Program-made: the position numbers and the translations under genes
Shown here: piece by piece, positions 17,857 through 26,150 of the stretch
Position numbering within the stretch: position 1 is the first letter of the stretch
Layout of the letters: every line of letters begins with the position of its first letter
Notes under the pieces: generated by a model
What the model saw: the letters and a program-made list of their open reading frames with translations, nothing else
What the model was told of the DNA's origin: nothing
Database searches by the model: none
Assembly: GCA_965215945.1 (NCBI GenBank)
Contig: CBDCFC010000047.1
Location: forward strand, 20,643 to 84,642
Direction: 5' to 3'
From: Arenicellales bacterium
GTDB taxonomy: Bacteria; Pseudomonadota; Gammaproteobacteria; Arenicellales; JAHEKD01
Length of the DNA: 64,000 nt

Positions 17857-18207
17857 ATGCAGTTAAAAATTTTATTAGGTTTGATCCTGTCAGGGTTCGT
17901 TATTGCTTTAAGTGGTTGCGGAAATTCTAATGCTATAAACAATAAACTATCGTTGTCTGTTATTGATATGGACATAGAAGACATACAATTAAATACATGT
18001 AATTCCAGTATTAAATTAAATGCTAGTATAGGTAATCTAACTTATGAGCATACTGGTTGTTCAAACACTGATTATCATTTGGTGTTAATTTATAAGGACG
18101 GGTTCGTTGTAGATGAAAATTTTGGCTATATTCCTGGTGGTGAATCTGTTCATCATAAAATTATAGTTAGGGATAGAAAAATAGAATCATCAACAGAATC
18201 AAATTAG
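17857..18207 (+). CDS. Putative cognate Rhs immunity lipoprotein
   Basis: 116 aa, starting 2 nt after the Rhs stop. It has a lipobox (VIALSGC/GNS). Its position directly after the toxin is the standard toxin-immunity arrangement. Confidence 0.65.
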   Translation: MQLKILLGLILSGFVIALSGCGNSNAINNKLSLSVIDMDIEDIQLNTCNSSIKLNASIGNLTYEHTGCSNTDYHLVLIYKDGFVVDENFGYIPGGESVHHKIIVRDRKIESSTESN

Positions 18208-18474
18208 TTTAGAAAACACATGTAGTCAGATTTGATTTTTATTTGACTAAGTATGTGATGTAAAGTGCAAAACAGCTTTGAACTTTGCGCTATTTGCCAT
18301 TGAAATTATTGACAGACGAATGTTTAAATCCTGTCTATGCAAAAATTATTTAATGGCTTATAGACATTTTTTAAGTAACGTTCTTTTTAAATTAAAACTG
18401 CCAAGCTAACGCCTTGTTTGTGTTAGGGAAATTTACAATTTAGTTGATAAATTGCATTAGACCCACCCGTACAC

Positions 18475-19752
18475 ATGAGGGGCCGCGTGTATGATCCGGT
18501 ATTCGGGCGGTTCCTGTCACCTGATCCGCATATTCAAAGCCCGCTCAACAGCCAAAGCCTGAATCGCTACAGTTATGTCTTGAACAATCCGCTTAGTCTT
18601 ACTGATCCAAGCGGGTATTTCTTCAGCTGGTTTAAAAAGCTGTTTAAGAAGATTCTCAAAGTGATCAAGAAGATCATCAAGAAGATCGTGAAGATCATCA
18701 AAAAAGTCATCAAGGCGATAGAAAAAGTCATTACCAAGATCATCATGGCTTTGCCGGTGGAGATACGGATTATTGCGGCGATAGTAGTGGCGATCTATGC
18801 GCCTCAGATTGCCGGGGCGCTGCTCAATGCAGCCCCAGCGCTAACGAGTGGTATAATCAATGCAATTGGTTACGGTGCGTTTAAAGGTGCAGTCGGTGGA
18901 TTTTTGGCGGGCTTGATTACCACGGGTTCGTTTACAGGAGCCTTAATTGGTGGGGTCACAGGTGGGGCGTTTGGTGCGATAGGAAGTCATTTCAAGAATA
19001 TTGGCATCCAGAACCAAATGGCAGCAGGTGTGTCTCGCTATCAAGGTATCGCCAATGCCGGTTCAAATTTACTGAAAAATGGCCTGACACGATTGCAGTT
19101 TGCGACACAGTCACTCGCGCATGGTGTTGTTGGAGGATTAAATTCCAAGCTTAGTGGTGGTAGCTTTAGTAAAGGTATACTAACTGGGTTTTTAAACAAG
19201 ATTGCCAGCCCGATAGTATCAAGTACGAATTCATTTGTGAGTTTGGTGCGTCATACAGCCTTTGCGGGTATTGTAAGTAAAATAGCGGGTGGCAGTTTTA
19301 GTCAAGGTGCTAGAATTGGATTTATGGCAACGTTGTTTAATGAACTTGGCAATGGGAGAGGTGATAAGCTTTGGGCAGATACGAAGAAATGGTTTGGGGA
19401 ACATTTTCGATTTGGTGATACTGTAAACTTACGCGCAGGTGGTTTTGGTATTGAGCTTGATCATCGCTCAGCTAAATTATCAGATTATTCTAGTTCGGAG
19501 ATGACTAAAAATGGGAAAGTAATTAACTTTTCGGAATCTAGAACTAAGTTTGCTGTGGAAGCCTTTGGAACAGGCTTTGAGTTTGAAAATACTTATGATG
19601 CAAGTGGAAATTTAATATCACGCGATTTGAATTATAGGTTTTTTTACTATGATATAAATGCTCAAGCGTTCACTATTGATATTTCTATAGGATTGGGGCT
19701 TTCTTTTGATTACAAGATTCCAATTTATGATCCTATCGAACCCGCCTATTAA
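18475..19752 (+). CDS. Orphan Rhs C-terminal cassette 1 (end of Rhs core, conserved delivery module, alternative toxin tip)
   Basis: It begins at the conserved core sequence M(R)[16 protein letters not shown] and contains DPSGY plus the same Lys/Ile helix and GGSFS motifs. The last ~140 aa are unrelated to the main toxin. I see no clear Shine-Dalgarno upstream, so it may be silent. Confidence 0.75.
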   Translation: MRGRVYDPVFGRFLSPDPHIQSPLNSQSLNRYSYVLNNPLSLTDPSGYFFSWFKKLFKKILKVIKKIIKKIVKIIKKVIKAIEKVITKIIMALPVEIRIIAAIVVAIYAPQIAGALLNAAPALTSGIINAIGYGAFKGAVGGFLAGLITTGSFTGALIGGVTGGAFGAIGSHFKNIGIQNQMAAGVSRYQGIANAGSNLLKNGLTRLQFATQSLAHGVVGGLNSKLSGGSFSKGILTGFLNKIASPIVSSTNSFVSLVRHTAFAGIVSKIAGGSFSQGARIGFMATLFNELGNGRGDKLWADTKKWFGEHFRFGDTVNLRAGGFGIELDHRSAKLSDYSSSEMTKNGKVINFSESRTKFAVEAFGTGFEFENTYDASGNLISRDLNYRFFYYDINAQAFTIDISIGLGLSFDYKIPIYDPIEPAY

Positions 19753-19754
19753 GA

Positions 19755-20024
19755 ATGAATATGTTTGGTTTTCTTAATGACCTCAAATCTTCGCATGAAA
19801 TCTTATATTACGGTATATTGATTGGCTTGCTGATATTTGTTGCATATTGTATTTCTGAAATTATTGTTGACTTTCAAAATTTCAAAAACACCCATTGGTT
19901 TAAAGTTATTATTTATCTTCATTTGATAGCAGTGTGTTTGTTGATTATCCATCCCGCCTTATTATTCATTGCTCCTGTAGGTTATTTGGTTGTCAGGTTT
20001 TTATATGGTTATTTAAATAAGTAA
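19755..20024 (+). CDS. Putative immunity protein for orphan cassette 1 (small multi-pass membrane protein)
   Basis: 89 aa, starting 2 nt after the orphan stop. It has two or three hydrophobic segments (ILYYGILIGLLIFVAYCI, VIIYLHLIAVCLLII, LLFIAPVGYLVV). Confidence 0.6.
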   Translation: MNMFGFLNDLKSSHEILYYGILIGLLIFVAYCISEIIVDFQNFKNTHWFKVIIYLHLIAVCLLIIHPALLFIAPVGYLVVRFLYGYLNK

Positions 20025-20054
20025 AGTGTAGGCACAATAGGATAGAAAGGTTCG

Positions 20055-20513
20055 GTGAAAATTGGAGGTGGAGGAATTGGTGGGAAAGTAACTAGGGGTG
20101 TTATTGCAGGTACGATAGGAGGTATTGCATCAAATCTTATTGGTGGCTCGTTTTCGATGGGAGCCAGGTTGGGTGCAATGAGCCGGTTTTTTAATGATGA
20201 GCATGGATTTGCTAGAGTTAAAGATTTTGGTAAACAGGTTTGGAATGGAGTAAAGGAATGGTTTGCCAATGGTCCAGATGCGCATATTAACCGCAATGTA
20301 AATCAGAGTTGTCCAACTACTTGTGATGGAATTAACAATGGTGATTATTTTGAGGAAGGGCAGGCACCATTACATGGCGGTGATGAGGGTTATTTTACTT
20401 ATCGAGGGATAGGGCCGGAGAACCGGGGCTTTCAGTGTACTTACCAGACGCAGTGCAGTGGAAATCCAGCGGCTCCATTAATCCAGGATCCGGCTTATGC
20501 GGGTAACCGCTAA
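20055..20513 (+). pseudogene. Orphan Rhs-CT fragment 2 (only the last pre-toxin motif plus a third toxin tip, no immunity gene)
   Basis: It shares LIGGSFSMGARLGAMSRFFN with the main Rhs CT (LIGGSFSMGARLGAFSRFFN) and then diverges. It runs into the recombinase remnant. Confidence 0.5.
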
Positions 20514-20784
20514 AGGTAAGCGGGTGATTGTAGGGACATTAGGAGAGTGGGTGCGTAATTATTTGGATGAAGCGGAAATTACAAAGCCGGGTGCCTGCCA
20601 TTTGTTTAGGCATACGGTTGCGACCATGATGCTGGAAAACGGTGCCGACATTCGTTATATCCAGGAATTACTAGGGCATTCGAGTATTACCAGTACCCAA
20701 ATCTACACCAAAGTAACGATTAACAAATTAAAAGAAGTGTACAGCCGCACGCACCCAAAAGTAAATAAAAGGGGACGCCCATAA
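20497..20784 (+). pseudogene. Tyrosine recombinase/integrase, C-terminal remnant
   Basis: The 95-aa ORF carries the catalytic C-terminal signature [39 protein letters not shown] (HxxR...LLGH...Y). The N-terminal two-thirds of an integrase is absent. Confidence 0.7.
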
Positions 20785-21039
20785 GTCGTTAAAAGTCAAT
20801 AGTTCATAACGGTATATAAGGGTAACCCCTTGGCTCTCTATAAACAGAGTTTAATGAGCGCATCTGAATTTATGATTGTGAGCTACTTTTAGATAAAGTG
20901 CTTCAGTCACCCATCAGGATTAAGGCGATACACCGTTCAGGTGCTTCCCTTGGCCGTATTCAGTCCCATTAAATAATCAGTACCTTGAGATCACTAGTCA
21001 GTATGTGATGATGGATTGTCAGTCAGTCCCATTGTAGTT

Positions 21040-22416
21040 GACCTCAAGGGCACTTTATTAAACGCTATTTCGATGATACTGGCGGTGGATACTCAGAGGA
21101 CCGGGTTATTAACCATTCCCCTTTTGATCTTACCGCCAGATAAAACGGTCAGCCAAACGCTAAGTGAATATCGAAGGGTTGCTGGCGACTTAACATATGG
21201 TATACCGCCCGGGTTAATTTGTTGGCGATCGTTTTTTTCGCCACCATAACAGGTACTTTCTTAGACTTACGTTGATAATACCGTTTAATCGTAGGATTCC
21301 AGATGCAAGCATAATGTGCCGCTTCCACAAACGCCATGGCCAGATAGCGATTACCATTTTTGCTATTGCCTTTGGCTTTGAGTTTGCCGTTACTGATTTT
21401 ATTGGCCGGCACACACCGTGCATAAGAGGAATAATGACCCACTTTAGAGAATCGTTCGATCGGTCCTGTTTCCAGTAAGATGCTCATGCCCAGGATTTGA
21501 CCAATGCCCGGGACACTGGTGAGCAACTCGTAGTCAGTGCGGTCACATCGTGCTAACACAAATACCTCAATGGCTTTAATTTGCTGGCGTAGTAGGTGGA
21601 GTAAATGATGGGGTTGTTGGGCGGTAAACAACATCACCGGATCATTAAAATACTGATCTAAGTTCTGTTGATCGAGTTGTTTGATCTGATGGCTGGTTAA
21701 GCGTTTACCGGTATGTCGATTGATCAGACTCTGTAAACTTAATAGCTGAGCGGTGCTTTGTTTGACCAACAGTAGTCGCCGTCGTAATAAATCACGCACG
21801 GACCGCATGGCTTTTGGGTAAATATAACCGGTGGGTAAGATGCCTAGTCGAAGTAAATGGGCTAAGTGACGGGCATCACTGGCATCATCGGTGTACTTCA
21901 GACCGTTGTATTGCTGAATCGCTAAGGTATTGGCCAAGTGAACCGGATACCCTTGTTCGATTAAACCGTCCACTAGCCAGTACCAGTTGTAGGTGGATTC
22001 CACCACAATCCCTTGAATTTGTGATTGATAGGGTGCTAAATAACCAGTAATTACGTCAAGCTGGTTGGGCAGGCGTTTCTCACGGATTAACTGATCGGTT
22101 TCATTGATGATTGAAACCATACAATTATTGCTATGTAGGTCTATTCCGCAGTAAAGTGTCATAAGTCGTCTCCTCAGGTTTAGTTGACCTTCTACTGTAG
22201 TACACGGACGTGGCAGTAGAGAGGCGACTTATGATTTTCAGAGGGATTAAAAAGTAGGCAGTTGCTTACAATAAATGGTGTCCGACTCGATTTAATCTTC
22301 CAACTGTGATTTAGCAGGTCTGCCTCTAATAAAAGGTGCCGGAGGGATTATTTTTTAGGCACAGCAGGTGGTTTAGTCAGGCTGTTCAAATTTTAACCCC
22401 ATCCCCATTTACAGCC
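21040..22416 (-). mobile_element. IS110-family insertion sequence (ends approximate)
   Basis: It contains the transposase at 21149-22162. The right limit is set by the start of Rhs homology at 22417. The left limit is a guess, placed at a 10-bp motif (TAGTTGACCT) that also occurs at 22182. Confidence 0.5.
21149..22162 (-). CDS. IS110-family (DEDD) transposase
   Basis: 337 aa. The N-terminus CGIDLHSNN plus the central and C-terminal VPGIGQILGMSILLETG...SKNGNRYL pattern are typical of IS110-family recombinases. Confidence 0.9.
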   Translation of the reverse strand: MTLYCGIDLHSNNCMVSIINETDQLIREKRLPNQLDVITGYLAPYQSQIQGIVVESTYNWYWLVDGLIEQGYPVHLANTLAIQQYNGLKYTDDASDARHLAHLLRLGILPTGYIYPKAMRSVRDLLRRRLLLVKQSTAQLLSLQSLINRHTGKRLTSHQIKQLDQQNLDQYFNDPVMLFTAQQPHHLLHLLRQQIKAIEVFVLARCDRTDYELLTSVPGIGQILGMSILLETGPIERFSKVGHYSSYARCVPANKISNGKLKAKGNSKNGNRYLAMAFVEAAHYACIWNPTIKRYYQRKSKKVPVMVAKKTIANKLTRAVYHMLSRQQPFDIHLAFG

Positions 22417-25203
22417 CCCTTATTAGCCGGAACCTATATTAATGGCACAAATCCAGTGGCTTGGGAGCAAACGGCCATTGATAGTTATGATAATCCGAAT
22501 GTGGGGCCGTTCAAGTCCTCACCGATTCCCGGTGCTCAACTGATCTCATGGGATTCGGATGACAAGAACGGCCCGGAGAAGTGGTGGATCAATCACACTA
22601 CAGGGGAAATGGCAGCCGCCGAAAAATTGCCAATATACAAAAAACATAATTGCGATGAAGAAGAGGGCGATAACATTGACGATGACGAACTCTATGCACA
22701 GATTTCGCATGGTCAATTAGGTACAGACATTGCTGCCTTGCATAACAGTAAATTTTTTGAGCGTAATTACATTTATTACCAATACAAAGAGCTGGCCGAT
22801 CCGATCAATCAACTGGTGGAACAGGCGAACAGCACCTTTGAAACGGTCGAAACCCTGAAAACGGATTATGAAAACAGTGGTAGTACGTACTGGGAGGCAC
22901 TGGCCTATGCCCCGGACGGGCAGATCAAAAAAGCCAAATACGGCAACGGGGTGGAATCAAATTGGAAGTACGACCCGCGTGGTCGGACTTATGAGATTCA
23001 AGCCAAGAAAGGCAGCGGTGACTATTTACAGAACATGTTCTTTGACTACGACAACATCGGCAATCTCGTTTGGCGTGATGACCGGGTTAACCAATATGAT
23101 GAGCGATTCGAATACGATGTATTAAACCGTCTTGAATCGTCCACGTTAAGTGGCAGTGCGGTGGCGGAATATGCCAATCTGGGTCTTCAGAGTACGAATT
23201 ATGAATACGATGCGTTGGGTAATCTGACCTGTAAGTCGGATGTGGGTAATTACACTTACGGTCAGGGCATAGGCAGTGGTGCAGGTGTCCATGCGGTGGT
23301 CTCGACCAGCGGAACGGGCAATTCAAGTTGCAGCAGCAATGCTATCTACAGTTTTGCCCCGGCCAGTTTCAGTTATGACGATAACGGCAATCAGATCAGC
23401 GGCAACGGGCGTACGGTGACGTATTCACCGTTTAACAAGCCCACAAAAATCGTTAAAGGCGCGAATGTAAATGATTTTATCTACGGCCCGGAACGTCAAC
23501 TCATTTACCAGCGTGAAAAAATCCATGATGAGTACCGTGAAACCCGCTATGTGGGTGGGATATACGAGGAAACCATCAAGGACGGTAATGATAACAACGC
23601 TGAAGCGGTACATCATCTGACCATGGCCGGGCATACCATTGCGATATTAAAGACCAACACAGATCTAACCCAGGAGAAAAGCCGGCATTACCTGCACCAG
23701 GATCATCTTGATTCTGTGGTGATGATCACCGATCGTGATGGAAACGTGGTCGAGAAAAATCACTATGATCCGTTTGGTAAAAAGCGGTTAGCCATCATCG
23801 AGAATCCAACGATCTACGCCGCTGGATTCCTGCCGATCACGGATCGAAGCTTTACCGGACATAGGTATCTGCCCAAACAGGAATTGATTCACATGAAAGG
23901 GCGCGTCTATGATCCGGTGTTTGGTCGATTTCTCTCACCGGACCCGCACATACAGTCATCACTGAATAGTCAAAGCCTGAATCGCTACAGTTACGTGCTG
24001 AATAATCCACTCTCATTGGTTGATCCCAGTGGGTATTTCTTTAGCTGGTTTAAAAAGCTGTTCAAGAAAATTCTCAAGATTATCAAGAAGATCATCAAGA
24101 AGATCGTCAAGATCATCAAAAAGGTGATCAAGGCGATTGAGAAGGTGATTACTAAGATCATCATGGCCTTGCCGGTGGAGATACGGATCGTGGCGGCCAT
24201 AGTAGTGGCGATCTATGCGCCTCAGATCGCGGGGGCGATCTCCGGACTTCTTGGCGGAACTGCAACGGCACTGGGAACATTTTTTACGACTAAAATTGGC
24301 GTCGGTTTAGTTGGTGGATTCTTGTCTGGGTTAATTACAACAGGCTCATTTAAAGGGGCTTTAATTGGTGGGTTGACCGGAGCAGCGTTTGGTGCAGTTG
24401 GGGCTAGATTCAGCAATGTTGCCAGTAATAACATTAATACGGCAAGACTCGCGGGTCAAACACTTCAACAAGCTGGGCGTATTGCCAGTGGTGTGTTTAG
24501 GGGTTTAAGCTCGGGACAGGCATTCTTACAATCACTGGCGCATGGTATAGTGGGTGGATTGAATTCGAAACTGAGTGGCGGCAGTTTCAGCAAAGGTATC
24601 CTGACAGGATTTTTAAATAAGATTGCCAGTCCGATAGTATCTAGCACAAATTCATTTGTAAGTTTAGTTCGACATACACTATTTGCAGGAGTAGTGAGTA
24701 AGATAGCTGGAGGGAGTTTTAGTAGAGGGGCTAGAATAGGATTTTTGGCAACGTTGTTTAATGAACTTGGACATGGTAGAGGCGGGAAATTACTTGCAGA
24801 TACTAAGAAAACTATAGGCTCTACGTTTCAGGCAGTGAAACACTATTTTTTCGGTAACGGTGAATCCGTGGCATTAGATCAATATACTAAAGACTCGATA
24901 ATAAATTCAAACGATCAGAAATACCGTAGTCATCGAATACGAACTGGACAAACAACACGATTGTCCGGTAATTATGGAGTTGATGTCACAGACAAAATGT
25001 ACCATGTTGGAGATACAACTGTGAGCTATGATACGCAATGTGGAGTGAGTACATGCACTACAACATATACTGGTCAGGGAGATGGTTTTTGGGATCCGGT
25101 TATAGATGTAGATGGAATTGGGTCAGGAGGTGAAATTCCAGGCGGTACTCCGTATCCTTATGATCCTTTTTCATGGTCAGAAACATATCCAAATCCTTAT
25201 TAG
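22336..25203 (+). CDS. 5'-truncated Rhs paralogue (large orphan: part of the insert module, YD repeats, core, delivery module, alternative toxin tip)
   Basis: Rhs homology starts at 22417 (PLLAGTYINGTNP versus PLLPGKYINGENP in the main gene). The first 27 codons of the tracked ORF come from IS-flanking sequence. The last ~150 aa are unique (HYFFGNGESVAL...GDGFWDP...GGTPYPYDPF). Confidence 0.75.
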   Translation: MPEGLFFRHSRWFSQAVQILTPSPFTAPLLAGTYINGTNPVAWEQTAIDSYDNPNVGPFKSSPIPGAQLISWDSDDKNGPEKWWINHTTGEMAAAEKLPIYKKHNCDEEEGDNIDDDELYAQISHGQLGTDIAALHNSKFFERNYIYYQYKELADPINQLVEQANSTFETVETLKTDYENSGSTYWEALAYAPDGQIKKAKYGNGVESNWKYDPRGRTYEIQAKKGSGDYLQNMFFDYDNIGNLVWRDDRVNQYDERFEYDVLNRLESSTLSGSAVAEYANLGLQSTNYEYDALGNLTCKSDVGNYTYGQGIGSGAGVHAVVSTSGTGNSSCSSNAIYSFAPASFSYDDNGNQISGNGRTVTYSPFNKPTKIVKGANVNDFIYGPERQLIYQREKIHDEYRETRYVGGIYEETIKDGNDNNAEAVHHLTMAGHTIAILKTNTDLTQEKSRHYLHQDHLDSVVMITDRDGNVVEKNHYDPFGKKRLAIIENPTIYAAGFLPITDRSFTGHRYLPKQELIHMKGRVYDPVFGRFLSPDPHIQSSLNSQSLNRYSYVLNNPLSLVDPSGYFFSWFKKLFKKILKIIKKIIKKIVKIIKKVIKAIEKVITKIIMALPVEIRIVAAIVVAIYAPQIAGAISGLLGGTATALGTFFTTKIGVGLVGGFLSGLITTGSFKGALIGGLTGAAFGAVGARFSNVASNNINTARLAGQTLQQAGRIASGVFRGLSSGQAFLQSLAHGIVGGLNSKLSGGSFSKGILTGFLNKIASPIVSSTNSFVSLVRHTLFAGVVSKIAGGSFSRGARIGFLATLFNELGHGRGGKLLADTKKTIGSTFQAVKHYFFGNGESVALDQYTKDSIINSNDQKYRSHRIRTGQTTRLSGNYGVDVTDKMYHVGDTTVSYDTQCGVSTCTTTYTGQGDGFWDPVIDVDGIGSGGEIPGGTPYPYDPFSWSETYPNPY
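22549..23643 (+). repeat. Second copy of the 1,095-bp identical block (see 15188-16282)
   Basis: Same evidence as for the first copy, at an offset of 7,361 bp. Confidence 0.9.
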
Positions 25204-25218
25204 TTTTTAGGACGTGAA

Positions 25219-25656
25219 GTGGTTAATTTAAAGAAATTATTCTCATTAATATTTTTCACGTGTGTTGCCTTGATACAGGGTTGTTCTAGTAGTGAATTAC
25301 CTTATGAGTTGAAATTAACTTCAAACAGCAGTTATATGTGGATTGTTGATAAAGATGGTTGGGGTGTACTGACAGAAGGGAATAATACCTCAGATGATAA
25401 GTTAACAGTTGAAATCGTTAAGCTGAATAGGTTTTTTCTATTAGAAGATAGCCTTATTGTAGAGTGTTTACAAGATGGTGGTGATCTCATTTATGTTTTT
25501 CTTCAACCTTCATCAGGAGATAACTTATCTTTTCGAACACAACTTTTTACGAAAAAAGAATTTTATAATTTCCTTTCAATTAGTGAAAAATTTAATAACT
25601 TAGAGTTAGACTGGAAAGACTTTCGATTAAGTATATTTGAAAAAATAGGGATGTAA
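25219..25656 (+). CDS. Putative immunity lipoprotein for the large orphan
   Basis: 145 aa with a GTG start 15 nt after the orphan stop and AGGA upstream. It has a lipobox-like signal, FFTCVALIQGC/SSS. Confidence 0.6.
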   Translation: MVNLKKLFSLIFFTCVALIQGCSSSELPYELKLTSNSSYMWIVDKDGWGVLTEGNNTSDDKLTVEIVKLNRFFLLEDSLIVECLQDGGDLIYVFLQPSSGDNLSFRTQLFTKKEFYNFLSISEKFNNLELDWKDFRLSIFEKIGM

Positions 25657-25785
25657 TTATCGATGTGCTAAATTTGTGCCAAAGTAGTTGTAATTTACTG
25701 TTGTTTTCTGTCATTTACTGGCACATTTGAGTCTGGCAAGCGCCGCAAGTGTTTGATTTTAAAAGAAAGTAGTTTTAACTAAATG

Positions 25786-25842
25786 TGGCTACGAACCAGG
25801 CGGTCGGGCGTTCGAATCGCTCCGGGCGCGCCAATAAAATCA
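25786..25842 (+). repeat. attR-like 57-bp direct repeat (partial tRNA-Arg(ACG) 3' end plus flank)
   Basis: It matches 5844-5900 perfectly. No tRNA 5' half is present upstream of it. Confidence 0.75.
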
Positions 25843-25898
25843 GGAAGGACACAATAACTTACAGTAATTTTCTAGCATTTCATTAAACACCGTGTGCG

Positions 25899-25998
25899 GC
25901 TCTACAATATTAACGGGGGCTCTACAATATTAACGGGGGCTCCACAATATTAACGGGGGCTCTACAATATTAACGGGGGCTCTACAATATTAACGGGG
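25899..25998. repeat. Tandem repeat, 5 x 20 bp (GCTCTACAATATTAACGGGG)
   Basis: Five head-to-tail copies. The third copy has one T-to-C change. A partial sixth start (GCT) merges into the ISL3 end. Confidence 0.9.
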
Positions 25999-26009
25999 GC
26001 TGGCACTCA

Positions 26010-26150
26010 TTAAACCCTGTTGATAATACCATCCCATCCACATTGGGTTAGTACTCTCAATCGATAATTTTCAAAATTTCTAAATCCGTAAGCGCGTCTT
26101 GTCATCATTTCCATTTTGGTATGGAAGCCTTCAGTAATTCCATTTTCAGG
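26010..26150 (-). pseudogene. ISL3-family transposase, C-terminal fragment only
   Basis: The minus-strand translation is PENGITEGFHTKMEMMTRRAYGFRNFENYRLRVLTQCGWDGIINRV*, which is the conserved ISL3 transposase C-terminus. There is no upstream remainder of the gene. Confidence 0.6.

Noticed and set aside
25899-25998. The 20-bp x5 repeat array considered as a possible CRISPR array
   Set aside because: The units are directly head-to-tail with no spacers, they are too short, and there are no cas genes nearby. It is a simple tandem repeat.
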